The notes under the pieces were generated by a model, which saw only the letters and a program-made list of their open reading frames with translations, was not told where the DNA came from and did not search any database. From contig CBDBIJ010000022.1 in NCBI GenBank assembly GCA_965205655.1, forward strand, positions 21,758 to 85,757: DNA of 64,000 nt, given 5' to 3'. The translations under genes and the position numbers were made by a program. This stretch comes from Candidatus Latescibacterota bacterium (lineage in GTDB: Bacteria; Latescibacterota; UBA2968; UBA8231). Of this stretch, positions 9,507 to 20,232 are shown piece after piece. Each line of letters opens with the position of its first letter. Position 1 is the stretch's first letter.

Positions 9507-10601
9507 ATGGCTGACAGAGCGAGAATCGCCGTCATCGGCGCTGGTTCGTGGTCGGCATTCGCTCACATCCCCACGCTCAAATCCCATCCCGACGTCGACC
9601 TCGTCGCCCTCGCCGATATAAACCCGGAGGCGCTGGCAAAGGCCGCCGAGCACGGGGGGGTGGAGCGCGTCTACACGAACTACAACGAGTTGCTGGACGC
9701 GGAGAGCCTCGATGGCGTCGTCGTGGCGGTCTGGCATGCCGCGCACCACGACACGGCCCGCGCCTGCCTCGAGCGCGGTCTCCACATGCTGCTGGAGAAA
9801 CCGATGGTACTACAGGCCAGCCACGCCCGCGAGCTGTGCGAGCTCGCCGACTCCAGGGGATTGGAAATAGTCATGAGCTACCCCTGGCAATTCCTGCCCC
9901 AGTCACGGCGGGTCCGCGAGCTGCTATCCTCGGGCAGGCTCGGCGAGATCGACTACATCGTCGACACCTTCGCCTCCGGCTGCTATCCCCTTTACTGCGG
10001 CAGCACCGACAAAGAAGAGCACGACCCCGAGTACGCCGACGGCAGTCCCGGGCTCGACCACGTGTATGACGATCCTGAGCTCTCCGGCGGTGGTCAAGGA
10101 CACCTGCAGATGACCCACTCGGCCGCCCTCATGCTCTACCTCACCGGTCTCCGCGCCGCCTCCGTGCAGGCGCAGATGAATACGCTCGATACGAGAGTGG
10201 ACGTCGTCGACTCATGCATCGTCCGCCTCGACAACGGCGCCCTCGCCACGGTGGGCAGCACCGGCACCTGCACAGTTGGAGAGGGTAGACTCGACCTGCA
10301 GATCTATTGCAGGAAGGGATGGATCGAGCTGGAGTACATCGGGCTGACAGGAACCGTGCACTTCGAGGACGGTAGCGAGGAGGACCTCTCACCTGGAAAG
10401 GACGCAGAGGTCGGCTACGGCGAGTTCACAGCCTACCCCGCTCACCTGCCCTGCGAGAATCTCGTCGACATCATACTCGAACGCGGACCGAACCTGTCGC
10501 CCGGCGTCTATGGCTGGCGCAGCGTCGAGCTGCTCGATGCCGCCTACCAGTCGGCAGCTCAGGATGGCCGCGTCGTTACCGTCGACTCGCTCTACGCCTG
10601 A
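9507..10601 (+). CDS. Gfo/Idh/MocA family NAD(P)-dependent oxidoreductase
   Basis: N-terminal Rossmann motif IAVIGAGSWSAFAHIPTL and an EKPM motif (LLEKPMVL). Confidence 0.85.
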   Translation: MADRARIAVIGAGSWSAFAHIPTLKSHPDVDLVALADINPEALAKAAEHGGVERVYTNYNELLDAESLDGVVVAVWHAAHHDTARACLERGLHMLLEKPMVLQASHARELCELADSRGLEIVMSYPWQFLPQSRRVRELLSSGRLGEIDYIVDTFASGCYPLYCGSTDKEEHDPEYADGSPGLDHVYDDPELSGGGQGHLQMTHSAALMLYLTGLRAASVQAQMNTLDTRVDVVDSCIVRLDNGALATVGSTGTCTVGEGRLDLQIYCRKGWIELEYIGLTGTVHFEDGSEEDLSPGKDAEVGYGEFTAYPAHLPCENLVDIILERGPNLSPGVYGWRSVELLDAAYQSAAQDGRVVTVDSLYA

Positions 10602-11264
10602 TCAGCGCTTGCGCGCCAGGGTGAGTCCGTCGCCGATCGACAACAGGGACATATCAACCCGCTCGTCGTCTCTGATGGCGGCGTTCAGCTCTCGGATCGC
10701 CACCGTGTCTTCATCGTCTTCCTCGGGCTTCGCCGGACGCCCCGCCCACAGCACGTTGTCGATCATGATGAGACCTCCAGCTCGAACCAGCTCCAGACAC
10801 CGTTCGTAGTAGGTCCTGTAGTTGACCTTGTCGGCGTCGATGAAAGCCATGTCGTAGCCGCCCGCTTCGCCGGCCGTCAGCATCTTCTCCAAGGTCTCCG
10901 CCGCCGGACCCAGGCGCAGCTCGATTCTGTCCGCCACCCCCGCCTTCTTCCAATAGCGCCGCGCCACTTTGGCGTAGTCTTCGCTCACATCGCAGGCGAT
11001 CAGAATGCCGTCGTCGGGCAGCGCTTGCGCCATGACCGTGCTGCTGTATCCGGTGAATGTTCCCACCTCGATGATCCGTCGCGCCTCCGTCAACCGTACG
11101 AGCAGTGCCATGAACTGCCCCTGATCGGGCGAGATCTGCATCACGCCGCTCGGCATCTCCGCCGTCTCCTGCCGCAGCTGCTTCAGCAGCGGTGTGTCGC
11201 GTAGCGAGGTGTCGAGGATGTAATCGAAGAGTTTCTCGTCGATATAGTCGTTTCTGCTGCTCAT
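10602..11264 (-). CDS. Class I SAM-dependent O-methyltransferase (caffeoyl-CoA OMT-like, family 3)
   Basis: 220 aa with IIEVGTFTGYS (SAM motif I), FIDADK and the typical ...LSIGDGLTLARKR C-terminus. Confidence 0.85.
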   Translation of the reverse strand: MSSRNDYIDEKLFDYILDTSLRDTPLLKQLRQETAEMPSGVMQISPDQGQFMALLVRLTEARRIIEVGTFTGYSSTVMAQALPDDGILIACDVSEDYAKVARRYWKKAGVADRIELRLGPAAETLEKMLTAGEAGGYDMAFIDADKVNYRTYYERCLELVRAGGLIMIDNVLWAGRPAKPEEDDEDTVAIRELNAAIRDDERVDMSLLSIGDGLTLARKR

Positions 11265-11277
11265 CTGCCGCGCTCCA

Positions 11278-12507
11278 TCACTCGCCGATAATCAGCTGCA
11301 GCGATTTCAGTTTCCGCAGCGCCAGCAGCTCATCCCACTCTAGGTCCTGCTCGGCCAATCGCATGTTCGGTATCCGTCGCAGGATTGAGTTGATGGCGAG
11401 TTGCGTCTCGATCCTGGCGAGCGGTCCGCCGATGCAGAAGTGAATGCCGTGACCGAACGCGACGTGCTTGTTTTCTCGCCTTTTGATATCCAGCTGATCC
11501 GGCTCGGGGAACTGCTCCGGGTCGCGGTTCGCTGCTCCGATGAAGAGAGCTACGTACTGCCCCCTCTCGATCCGCTGTCCGCGCAACTCGAGGTCGACGT
11601 TCGCGACCCGCGCCTGTCGCATCACTGAGTTATCGTATCTGAGAAACTCCTCGACCGCGCCCTCGATGAGGCTCGAATCGGACCGCAGCAGCTCGAGCTG
11701 GTCCGGAAATCGAAGCAGTGCCAGCACGGCGTTGCCGATCAGGCCTTCGGTTGTCTCGAACCCGGCGAAGAACAGTTGCACAACCATCGAGATGAGCTCA
11801 TCGCCGCTGAGCCTGTCACCCTCATGCTCCGCCTCGACGAGTGCCGTCATCAGGTCATCCTGCGGTTCGCTTCGGCGTCGGGCAGCGAGGTCCAGGAGGT
11901 ACTCCTTGGCCGCCAGCACGCTCTGCTGTGCGTGTTCCGTCTTCTCGGGAGTGACGGCGCCGGACGAGAGAAATCCAGCGATGTCGTCGGACCATTCGTG
12001 CACGTGGCCGCGGTCCTCGCGCGGGATCCCGAGCATCTCGCAGATGACGATGGCCGGGACGTGAAAAGCGAACTCGGCGACGAGATCTATCCGATCACGC
12101 CCCTCGAAGGTATCCAGCAGCTCATCGACGATGAGCTGAATCTTCGGTCGCAGATCGATCAGCGTGCGCGCCGTGAAGGCCTTGCCAATCAGGTTGCGGA
12201 GCCTGGTGTGATCCGGCGGATCGGTAAAAACCATCATGCTGGTCATGTGGTTGAGCAGCGGACGGTACCGCCCCTGGGACCCCGGCGGGAGCCGGTCCAG
12301 GATGGAGGCAATCCGGTCTCCGCAGTTCAGCCTCGGATCGGTGAGGCCCTGGAGGACGTCGTCGTAGCGCGTGACGAGCCAGGCCTGCAGGCGCTCGCAC
12401 CAGTAGACGGGCGCTTCGGCCCGCAGCTGACGAAAGAGGGGATACGGATCGGCGAAGTACTCCGGCGTCAGGAAAACCTCATCGAAGGAGCCAGGCGCGG
12501 AATCCAT
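11278..12507 (-). CDS. Cytochrome P450
   Basis: Heme loop FGHGIHFCIGGPLAR, an EEFLR (ExxR) motif, and an I-helix FAGFETT. ATG 12507-12505 overlaps the upstream stop (TGATG). The N-terminal 134 codons of track ORF 11278..12909 are rejected. Confidence 0.9.
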   Translation of the reverse strand: MDSAPGSFDEVFLTPEYFADPYPLFRQLRAEAPVYWCERLQAWLVTRYDDVLQGLTDPRLNCGDRIASILDRLPPGSQGRYRPLLNHMTSMMVFTDPPDHTRLRNLIGKAFTARTLIDLRPKIQLIVDELLDTFEGRDRIDLVAEFAFHVPAIVICEMLGIPREDRGHVHEWSDDIAGFLSSGAVTPEKTEHAQQSVLAAKEYLLDLAARRRSEPQDDLMTALVEAEHEGDRLSGDELISMVVQLFFAGFETTEGLIGNAVLALLRFPDQLELLRSDSSLIEGAVEEFLRYDNSVMRQARVANVDLELRGQRIERGQYVALFIGAANRDPEQFPEPDQLDIKRRENKHVAFGHGIHFCIGGPLARIETQLAINSILRRIPNMRLAEQDLEWDELLALRKLKSLQLIIGE

Positions 12508-13538
12508 CAATCCGTCCGTCGCAGTAGCTCGCCATCCGTCGGCCGCGCGTACGGCAGCTGCAGATCCGCCACCGTCAGAAAACCGGGCCGCGCCTCCACC
12601 ACCCTCGGGATGCAGTTGGCGATCATGGCTGCCGTTCCCAGCTGGGGCTGACACCCCGGGTTGATCACGAGATTGATGGAGTTGAGGCCCTCGATGGAAA
12701 TCGAGTCCTCCGCCGTGTAGCCGGCCTGTCCGCCGTAGGCGGTGAACTCCGCCGCGATCCAGGGATCGCCTGCCACGAAGCCCGTCACTCGCTGCACCAA
12801 CCCGCCCGTCTTTCCGGGTTCCACCTTCAGGTGCTCGTTCACCGAGCCGTCTTCGGCGACCATCGACTCGAACGACTCCGTAATCCGCTCGAGGCTCCTC
12901 CCTAAACATTTCGCTACGAGCGCAAATCCCTGCCTGAACCCGATGTGTCCGGTGATTGCACCGGCGCTCACCCGCTCTTCGAACTCCGCCGGCGAGAACC
13001 CCAATCCCATCCGTCGTTGAATGGTGGCGCTGAATCGGGAAATGTCGACGACCCGTCGTATCCGAATACTGCGCACGTCCCAGGCGATGGCAGACACAGT
13101 CAGTACCAGCGTATCGAAGATGAAGCCGGGGTTGAGTCCCACCCCGAGCAGGGTTACGCCGCGCTGCCTGGCCAGCTCATCCAGCTCGTTGGCGAGCCCC
13201 TCGTCGATCGACCACGGATAGAAAGCCTCTTCGGCCGTGGTGATGACGTCGAGTCCGCGCTCGGCGCCGGCGCGCACGTCGTCCGCCACCTCTCTCAGGA
13301 ACGACGTCGTCGCCACCAGCAGCAGATCGGCCGGTTTCGCCAGTGCTTCCTCCCGGCTGGCGACGACCTGAACGCCCAGCGGCTCGACTCCGGCGAGCAC
13401 ACCCACATCCTGTCCTACGAGATTGGGGTTGCGCGAGCACGCCGCCACCACCTCGTAGCCGGGCCGCGCGCTCAATAAGCGCGTGACGTTGCGGCCCACG
13501 CCGCCGACCCCCGATAGAATGACTCCGATCTCCGACAT
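12507..13538 (-). CDS. DapB-like NAD(P)-binding amine dehydrogenase family protein (2,4-diaminopentanoate-dehydrogenase-like)
   Basis: 343 aa. N-terminal GVILSGVGGVGRNV dinucleotide fold, then a DapB-like C-terminal domain pattern. Confidence 0.6.
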   Translation of the reverse strand: MSEIGVILSGVGGVGRNVTRLLSARPGYEVVAACSRNPNLVGQDVGVLAGVEPLGVQVVASREEALAKPADLLLVATTSFLREVADDVRAGAERGLDVITTAEEAFYPWSIDEGLANELDELARQRGVTLLGVGLNPGFIFDTLVLTVSAIAWDVRSIRIRRVVDISRFSATIQRRMGLGFSPAEFEERVSAGAITGHIGFRQGFALVAKCLGRSLERITESFESMVAEDGSVNEHLKVEPGKTGGLVQRVTGFVAGDPWIAAEFTAYGGQAGYTAEDSISIEGLNSINLVINPGCQPQLGTAAMIANCIPRVVEARPGFLTVADLQLPYARPTDGELLRRTD

Positions 13539-13551
13539 CGCGATGACGCGC

Positions 13552-14994
13552 CTACAGATCCAGGTCGCCCAGAAGCTCGCCGAACTGGGCGACGATGAGG
13601 TCGACGCACTCTTTTACAGGCGGTGCGGATATGTTGTACGACTTCAGCGACGCGTCGATGGCCATACCCCCCTGCCTGACCGTCTCCGCCGAAGGCCAGT
13701 AGGCGAAAACGCCGTTGCAGTAGCCGCCGAAAATCGTGTGAGCGGCCTTCGACCGTTGCTTGACTCCCAGTCCGATCTCCACGAACGGCTCGCCCGGCAT
13801 GGTGACGAGAGCGATGTCGTCTATCCGAAAACCAACGATGTCGAAGGTGAGGTCTTCCTGGGTGATGCCCGACTCGATCTTGTCGACCACGCCCTGAGCC
13901 CAGCGTTCCACCAGACGGGCGGGATAAGTCTTTGTAGGTGATTCCCCCGCGCTCTCCAGCTTCCGCACGTTTTCGCTCGCCGCGGCCAGTGCCGCTTCCG
14001 CCTCCTCCGGCGAAGGCAGCTCTTGAAGCGGCACCGTCGCCTGACGGCTCGCTGACTTGAGGATCCGATGGGTCGGTCCTTCGCTGAACTCCTTGTGATA
14101 AAAGGCGACGTTCGACAGCGAGGCGCCCTCCTCCCGCACCACCTCGTGGGGGTGGGTTTCAATATCGAAAAACGCCTGCACTGCCGCTCCACCGATGATG
14201 CCACCCGTCCGCTCCTTCTCGCCCCAGTCATCCTGGAGGAAGGACAGCGTCGCCTGGTTGCCGGCTGCCCCGGTGAGGAAGAGACAGGCCGCCCCCGTGA
14301 CCTGCTCGACGAGGCACCGCACCACACCGGGGTAGTCCTGGCTGAGGTAGTAGGTGTGATACCCCATCACCACCGGATGCGCCGCGTAGCTCACCAGCGT
14401 GGCGATCGGGTTGCCGTCGATATCGTCCACCCGCAGCACGTCGACGCTGTGGTCGGTCGTGCCTTCCGGATTGCGCCCTACGAGCACCCGCCCGTCGGCA
14501 ACCTTCTCCTCGCGGTTGATGGCCACGGCCGCTTGCCCGCTGCCGGCGCCGACGCGGGCGGGCTCTCTGTTGTCGTCGGCAAAGGCGGCCATACCTGCCA
14601 GCTGACCCTTCAGGTTCTCGATGTAGGAGTCGAGCACCGCCCGCTCGGTCGGGTCGCCGCCAACGTCGTGAACACCACCCAGCGTGCCTCGGGTCGTGCT
14701 GGGACCGTTGTGCGTGTGGGTGCAGCCGACGGCCACGCAGCTGGCGGAGGTTCCGACTCGGCCGGCGATCGCCTCTCGTATTTCCTGTGCGAGCGGCAGG
14801 TCGAAGCCGATCAGATCGCAATCGACGATGACGATTTTGGTGTTGTCGTCGGCCAGTAACAATGTCGTGGCCAGCAGTGACGACTCGACCGCCGTCGAGC
14901 CCTCCGTGCGCCTCATGGCGCCCTGCATCCGGAAACCCACCGGCGGCGTGATGTCCACCCGCGCGACTCCGGCGGTCAGAGTATTCTCGCTCAT
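13552..14994 (-). CDS. Neutral/alkaline ceramidase-like hydrolase
   Basis: 480 aa. The N-terminus AGVARVDITPPVGFRMQGAM...VGCTHTHNGP is characteristic of the neutral ceramidase N-terminal domain. No obvious signal peptide. Confidence 0.65.
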   Translation of the reverse strand: MSENTLTAGVARVDITPPVGFRMQGAMRRTEGSTAVESSLLATTLLLADDNTKIVIVDCDLIGFDLPLAQEIREAIAGRVGTSASCVAVGCTHTHNGPSTTRGTLGGVHDVGGDPTERAVLDSYIENLKGQLAGMAAFADDNREPARVGAGSGQAAVAINREEKVADGRVLVGRNPEGTTDHSVDVLRVDDIDGNPIATLVSYAAHPVVMGYHTYYLSQDYPGVVRCLVEQVTGAACLFLTGAAGNQATLSFLQDDWGEKERTGGIIGGAAVQAFFDIETHPHEVVREEGASLSNVAFYHKEFSEGPTHRILKSASRQATVPLQELPSPEEAEAALAAASENVRKLESAGESPTKTYPARLVERWAQGVVDKIESGITQEDLTFDIVGFRIDDIALVTMPGEPFVEIGLGVKQRSKAAHTIFGGYCNGVFAYWPSAETVRQGGMAIDASLKSYNISAPPVKECVDLIVAQFGELLGDLDL

Positions 14995-15161
14995 TCTCTC
15001 TCTCTTCTCGTACGGGGTGTATTCGCTGCTGTGTGCCGTTGCCGTGCGCCTAACCTTTGCTCCCGGACTTCACCGTGTCAATGAGGGACAGCTTGACGTG
15101 TCTGGGCCATCAACTACGCTTTCGCCTCCGAATCAATCGGCCCATCACTGGAGATTATCCG

Positions 15162-16190
15162 ATGAATCAACAGGAAAGATCAGAGCGTCTTCGCATCGAG
15201 CTCATTCACGCTCGTCACCTGGAAAAGAACAAGCTCGGAGACCCTGCCGACCGCAACCTCACCATCTTTCTGCCGCGCTCCTATCACAAGTCGAAGACCC
15301 GGCGCTACCCGGCGGCCTACCTCCTGCACGGCTTCGGCAGTTCTGCCTGGAACTGGGCAGCCGACTTCAACATTTCGACCGGGCCCAAGTGGCAATCCTT
15401 CACGCATTCGGCCGACGCCCTCATGGCGGGACGAAAATGCAAAGAGATGATCCTCGTCATGCCGGACGGCTGGAATCGGCTTGGGTGCAGTCAATGGGTC
15501 GATTCGGGTGTCAACGGCAACTACGCCAAATACGTCGCTGAGGACGTGGTGAACTACGTCGACGCCAACTACCGAACGGTGGCCGAGCGATCGCATCGCA
15601 TGGTTGGGGGTGTGTCGAGCGGAGGCATAGGCGCCTTTCACGTCGCTGGCGAAAATCCCGACGTCTTCGGCGCCGTGGCGATCAGAAGCGCCGATTGTTA
15701 CTTCGAGGTGACGCACGTGCCGTGGTTGGCGCGTCTCGTGAACGCCTCGTGGCCGAAGGGCTTTCGAGGTCCCCTGCCCGGCGATTTCGACACTTGGTAC
15801 TGCTACGGACTCGCCGCAGCCTACTCACCGAACCCCCGCAAGCCGCCCTTCTACTGCGACCTGCCCATCAGCTTCCCCACAGGAGAGCTCATCGATGAAG
15901 TCTGGCAAAAGTGGCTCCACTTCGACCCCATCATCGCCTACGAGCGCTACGTGCCTGCGTTCAGGAGCATGAGTGTGTTTACCGACTGTGGATCGAAGGA
16001 TGAGTACGATTTTCACCTCGGGCACAGGATTCTCCACGAGCGACTCAAAAAAGCGCGCGTCAAGCACGTTTATGAAGAGTTCGACGGCAAGCACGGCAAC
16101 CGCAACAACGAGCGGACGCTGCGAACACTGGAATGGTTCAGCTCTTTGCTGCCCGCAGGCGCCAGGCGACGAGTGACGCGGCGACGATGA
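15162..16190 (+). CDS. Putative esterase (alpha/beta hydrolase, esterase-D / enterochelin-esterase-like)
   Basis: MNQQERSERLRIELIHARHL...YPAAYLLHGFGSS...GGVSSGG (nucleophile elbow). GGAGA lies upstream of ATG 15162. Confidence 0.7.
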   Translation: MNQQERSERLRIELIHARHLEKNKLGDPADRNLTIFLPRSYHKSKTRRYPAAYLLHGFGSSAWNWAADFNISTGPKWQSFTHSADALMAGRKCKEMILVMPDGWNRLGCSQWVDSGVNGNYAKYVAEDVVNYVDANYRTVAERSHRMVGGVSSGGIGAFHVAGENPDVFGAVAIRSADCYFEVTHVPWLARLVNASWPKGFRGPLPGDFDTWYCYGLAAAYSPNPRKPPFYCDLPISFPTGELIDEVWQKWLHFDPIIAYERYVPAFRSMSVFTDCGSKDEYDFHLGHRILHERLKKARVKHVYEEFDGKHGNRNNERTLRTLEWFSSLLPAGARRRVTRRR

Positions 16191-16279
16191 GCCGCACTAA
16201 CATGGCTCGCCCGGGCGCGACTGGTCCTTTCGATTCGATGCCCCCTCAGGCGCTATCGTCGACAGTGAAATCGTGGCAA

Positions 16280-17341
16280 CTACATCCAGCCGTGCTCTCT
16301 CGTCGTCACCATGCCCGATGATTGCGTTGCCCAGCTTGCCCCCCCTTCCAGCATCACCTCCCGACCGATGATGGCCGACTGCTCGGCGGCGAATACGATC
16401 TCCATGATGTGCCGGCCGTACTCTCCGTGCGTGGGCGGCTCGATATCCTGCTGAATCGCCTCGGCGAACGTCCTCCACTCGTGGTGCAGATCATGCGGAG
16501 GCTCGTCGAACGGCACATCCTCCCACCGCTCTCCCTTTCCGACCCGGACGTACTTCTCGAAGTGCTCGCTGAACTTGAGAGACCCGTTGGCGCAGATCAC
16601 GTGGTTCTCGTAGGTCGGCCCGCCGTCCTGGTACCCCACTGTCACGGCGACGCCTGAGAGCCCATTCTTGTAGCGGATGAACGCTGTGGCCGAGTCGTCG
16701 CTCGCCTGGTAGTGCGCCCGCGTGCCGATGGCCGCCGAGACTGACACGGCCTGTGAGGCCATCATCCACGTGAGCCGGTCCACGACGTGAACGCCGTTCG
16801 TCATCCACATCCCCCCGCCGTGAAAGCGGCTGCGGTACTGAGGCGGGCGGGCGGAGAATCCCCAGTTCTTGCACATACACGCCACCGCCGTGATGATGGG
16901 CCCCAGCTCGCCCGAGTCGAGAATCTCTTTCGCCTTCATGCTCGTGGCGTAGAAGTGCTGCGTGTACCCCAGCATCAGCTTAACCCCGTTCGCCGCCGCT
17001 GCCGCCACCATGTCGTCGCACTGCTCCAGGTTGATCGCCATCGGTTTCTCCACCAGCACGTGCTTGCCGGCGTTGCACGCGTCCACGGTGAGCCGGTGAT
17101 GCAGGTGATGGCCCAGAGTCACAGCCACCGCGTCGATCTCGTCATCCCGAAGCAGCTCCTCGTGGGAGCCGTAGGACCTCGGCACTCCATACTCATCCAT
17201 GAACTCCCGCCGTTTTTCCGGCAGCAGGTCAGCCACAGCGACGAGCTCGACTTGCTCTACCGTCGCGATCGCTTCACAGTGGACGTTGGCCATTCCCCCC
17301 AGCCCGATGATTCCAACTCGCACCTTCTCCACTCGGCGCAC
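16280..17341 (-). CDS. Gfo/Idh/MocA family oxidoreductase
   Basis: VRVGIIGLGGMANVHCEAI Rossmann motif and VLVEKPMA. Confidence 0.85.
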   Translation of the reverse strand: MRRVEKVRVGIIGLGGMANVHCEAIATVEQVELVAVADLLPEKRREFMDEYGVPRSYGSHEELLRDDEIDAVAVTLGHHLHHRLTVDACNAGKHVLVEKPMAINLEQCDDMVAAAAANGVKLMLGYTQHFYATSMKAKEILDSGELGPIITAVACMCKNWGFSARPPQYRSRFHGGGMWMTNGVHVVDRLTWMMASQAVSVSAAIGTRAHYQASDDSATAFIRYKNGLSGVAVTVGYQDGGPTYENHVICANGSLKFSEHFEKYVRVGKGERWEDVPFDEPPHDLHHEWRTFAEAIQQDIEPPTHGEYGRHIMEIVFAAEQSAIIGREVMLEGGASWATQSSGMVTTREHGWM

Positions 17342-17355
17342 CCTCCTCTATTATT

Positions 17356-17775
17356 TTGAGATCAATCTTCTATATTCCCCCGCAATCGACGCCGGGCCAA
17401 GCGGAGAAAATAATAGACAAAGCGACCCTGTTGCGCGCCAACGAAACCGAGAGTATATCCGATGAATGGGGATCCCTCACCTGGTACGCCGGACGCAAGC
17501 TCGGTAATTCCACCGACATGACCATCGGAAAGGCATTCATAAAACCGGGCTGCGAGAATCCCCTGCACTCGCACCCGAACTGCTCCGAGGTGCTCGTCGT
17601 GCTGCAGGGCAGGATAGCGCATGTCATCGAGGACGGCAAAGAGGTGGAAATGGACGTGGGTGACACCATCAACTTGCCCCGAGCTCTGCCTCACAAGGCC
17701 CGCAACATCGGCGACGAGGACGCCGTCCTCTTCATCGCCTTCTCCTCAGCCGACAGGCAGATGAAGCTGGAGTGA
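17356..17775 (+). CDS. Cupin domain protein
   Basis: Cupin motifs PGCENPLHSHPNCSEVLVVLQG and GDTINLPRALPHKARN. The start codon is uncertain: the track start is TTG and there is no clear RBS. Confidence 0.65.
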   Translation: MRSIFYIPPQSTPGQAEKIIDKATLLRANETESISDEWGSLTWYAGRKLGNSTDMTIGKAFIKPGCENPLHSHPNCSEVLVVLQGRIAHVIEDGKEVEMDVGDTINLPRALPHKARNIGDEDAVLFIAFSSADRQMKLE

Positions 17776-18096
17776 TCACCCGATCTTGTCGCCGATACCA
17801 TCTGCCAGCGCCCCCTTCCTCACCCCCACCACCGACACATCCTCTCGCCCCGCCTTTTGCGTCACCTGGCTCAGAGGCGAAACACGGTAAACCCGCGTCC
17901 CGAAGCGGCCCAGCCGCGCCAGCTCCCGCTGCGTGCCCGCTGCCAGGCTCGAATCGACGAACACGAATGCCAGCTCCTTCGTACGGCGCACGGCCGACAG
18001 CCCCAGCACTGTGTCTCCCGACTGGCAGCCGATGCCCACCAGAGACGCCAGCGATGCGGCTACTGCCGCGTCGAGCTCTTCAACTTCCGCTTCCAT
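17776..18096 (-). CDS. L7Ae/L30e/YlxQ-like small RNA-binding protein (106 aa)
   Basis: The last 106 codons of track ORF 17776..19086: MEAEVEELDAAVAASLASLVGIGCQSGDTVLGLSAVRRTKELAFVFVDSSLAAGTQRELARLG..VYRV. This resembles the YlxQ/L7Ae pattern. The rest of that ORF is antisense to ettA. Confidence 0.5.
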   Translation of the reverse strand: MEAEVEELDAAVAASLASLVGIGCQSGDTVLGLSAVRRTKELAFVFVDSSLAAGTQRELARLGRFGTRVYRVSPLSQVTQKAGREDVSVVGVRKGALADGIGDKIG

Positions 18097-18150
18097 TTGC
18101 GCCTGCCTATAATAGTCCCCCCCACCGAACGAGACGAGTGAGGCCTGATC

Positions 18151-19839
<1,689 letters not shown>

Positions 19840-19854
19840 GCTCCCGCGGAAGTG

Positions 19855-20232
19855 TCACGAGTCGAGAATGGCGTACGCTTCGATCTCTACGCGCAGGTGG
19901 GGTTCCAGCAGCGCCGCGACGGCCACCAGCGTCGACGCCGGCAGGATCTGCCCGAACACCTCGCCGTGGGCGCGGGCCACGAGGTCTTTGTCTTTGGTGT
20001 CGGTGATGTAGACGACGGTGCGCACCACGTCGTCGAAGCTCGCTCCCGCCTCGGCCAGCGCCGTGCCGATGATCTCCAGCGCCCCCTTCGCCTGCTCGTA
20101 GGCATCACCCGTGTCGTGCGGCGGTCGGGCGCAGGTACCGGCGACATGGACCTGCTCGCCCACACGCACCGCCCGGCAGTAACCAAAGGTGTCCTCGAAG
20201 GGCGCCCCCGACGATATGTTCGTCCGCGTCAC
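19855..20232 (-). CDS. RidA/YjgF (Rid) family protein
   Basis: 125 aa with the YjgF-like pattern (..RAVRVGEQVHVAGT...VRTVVYITD...VEIEAYAI). The GTG start overlaps the cyclase stop (GTGA, 20229-20232). Confidence 0.75.
   Translation of the reverse strand: MTRTNISSGAPFEDTFGYCRAVRVGEQVHVAGTCARPPHDTGDAYEQAKGALEIIGTALAEAGASFDDVVRTVVYITDTKDKDLVARAHGEVFGQILPASTLVAVAALLEPHLRVEIEAYAILDS

Noticed and set aside
12508-12909. N-terminal 134 codons of the 543-aa P450 ORF
   Set aside because: They overlap the 3' end of the upstream amine-dehydrogenase gene in another frame. The P450 fold starts at MDSAPGSFDEV.. (ATG 12507), which is coupled to the upstream stop.
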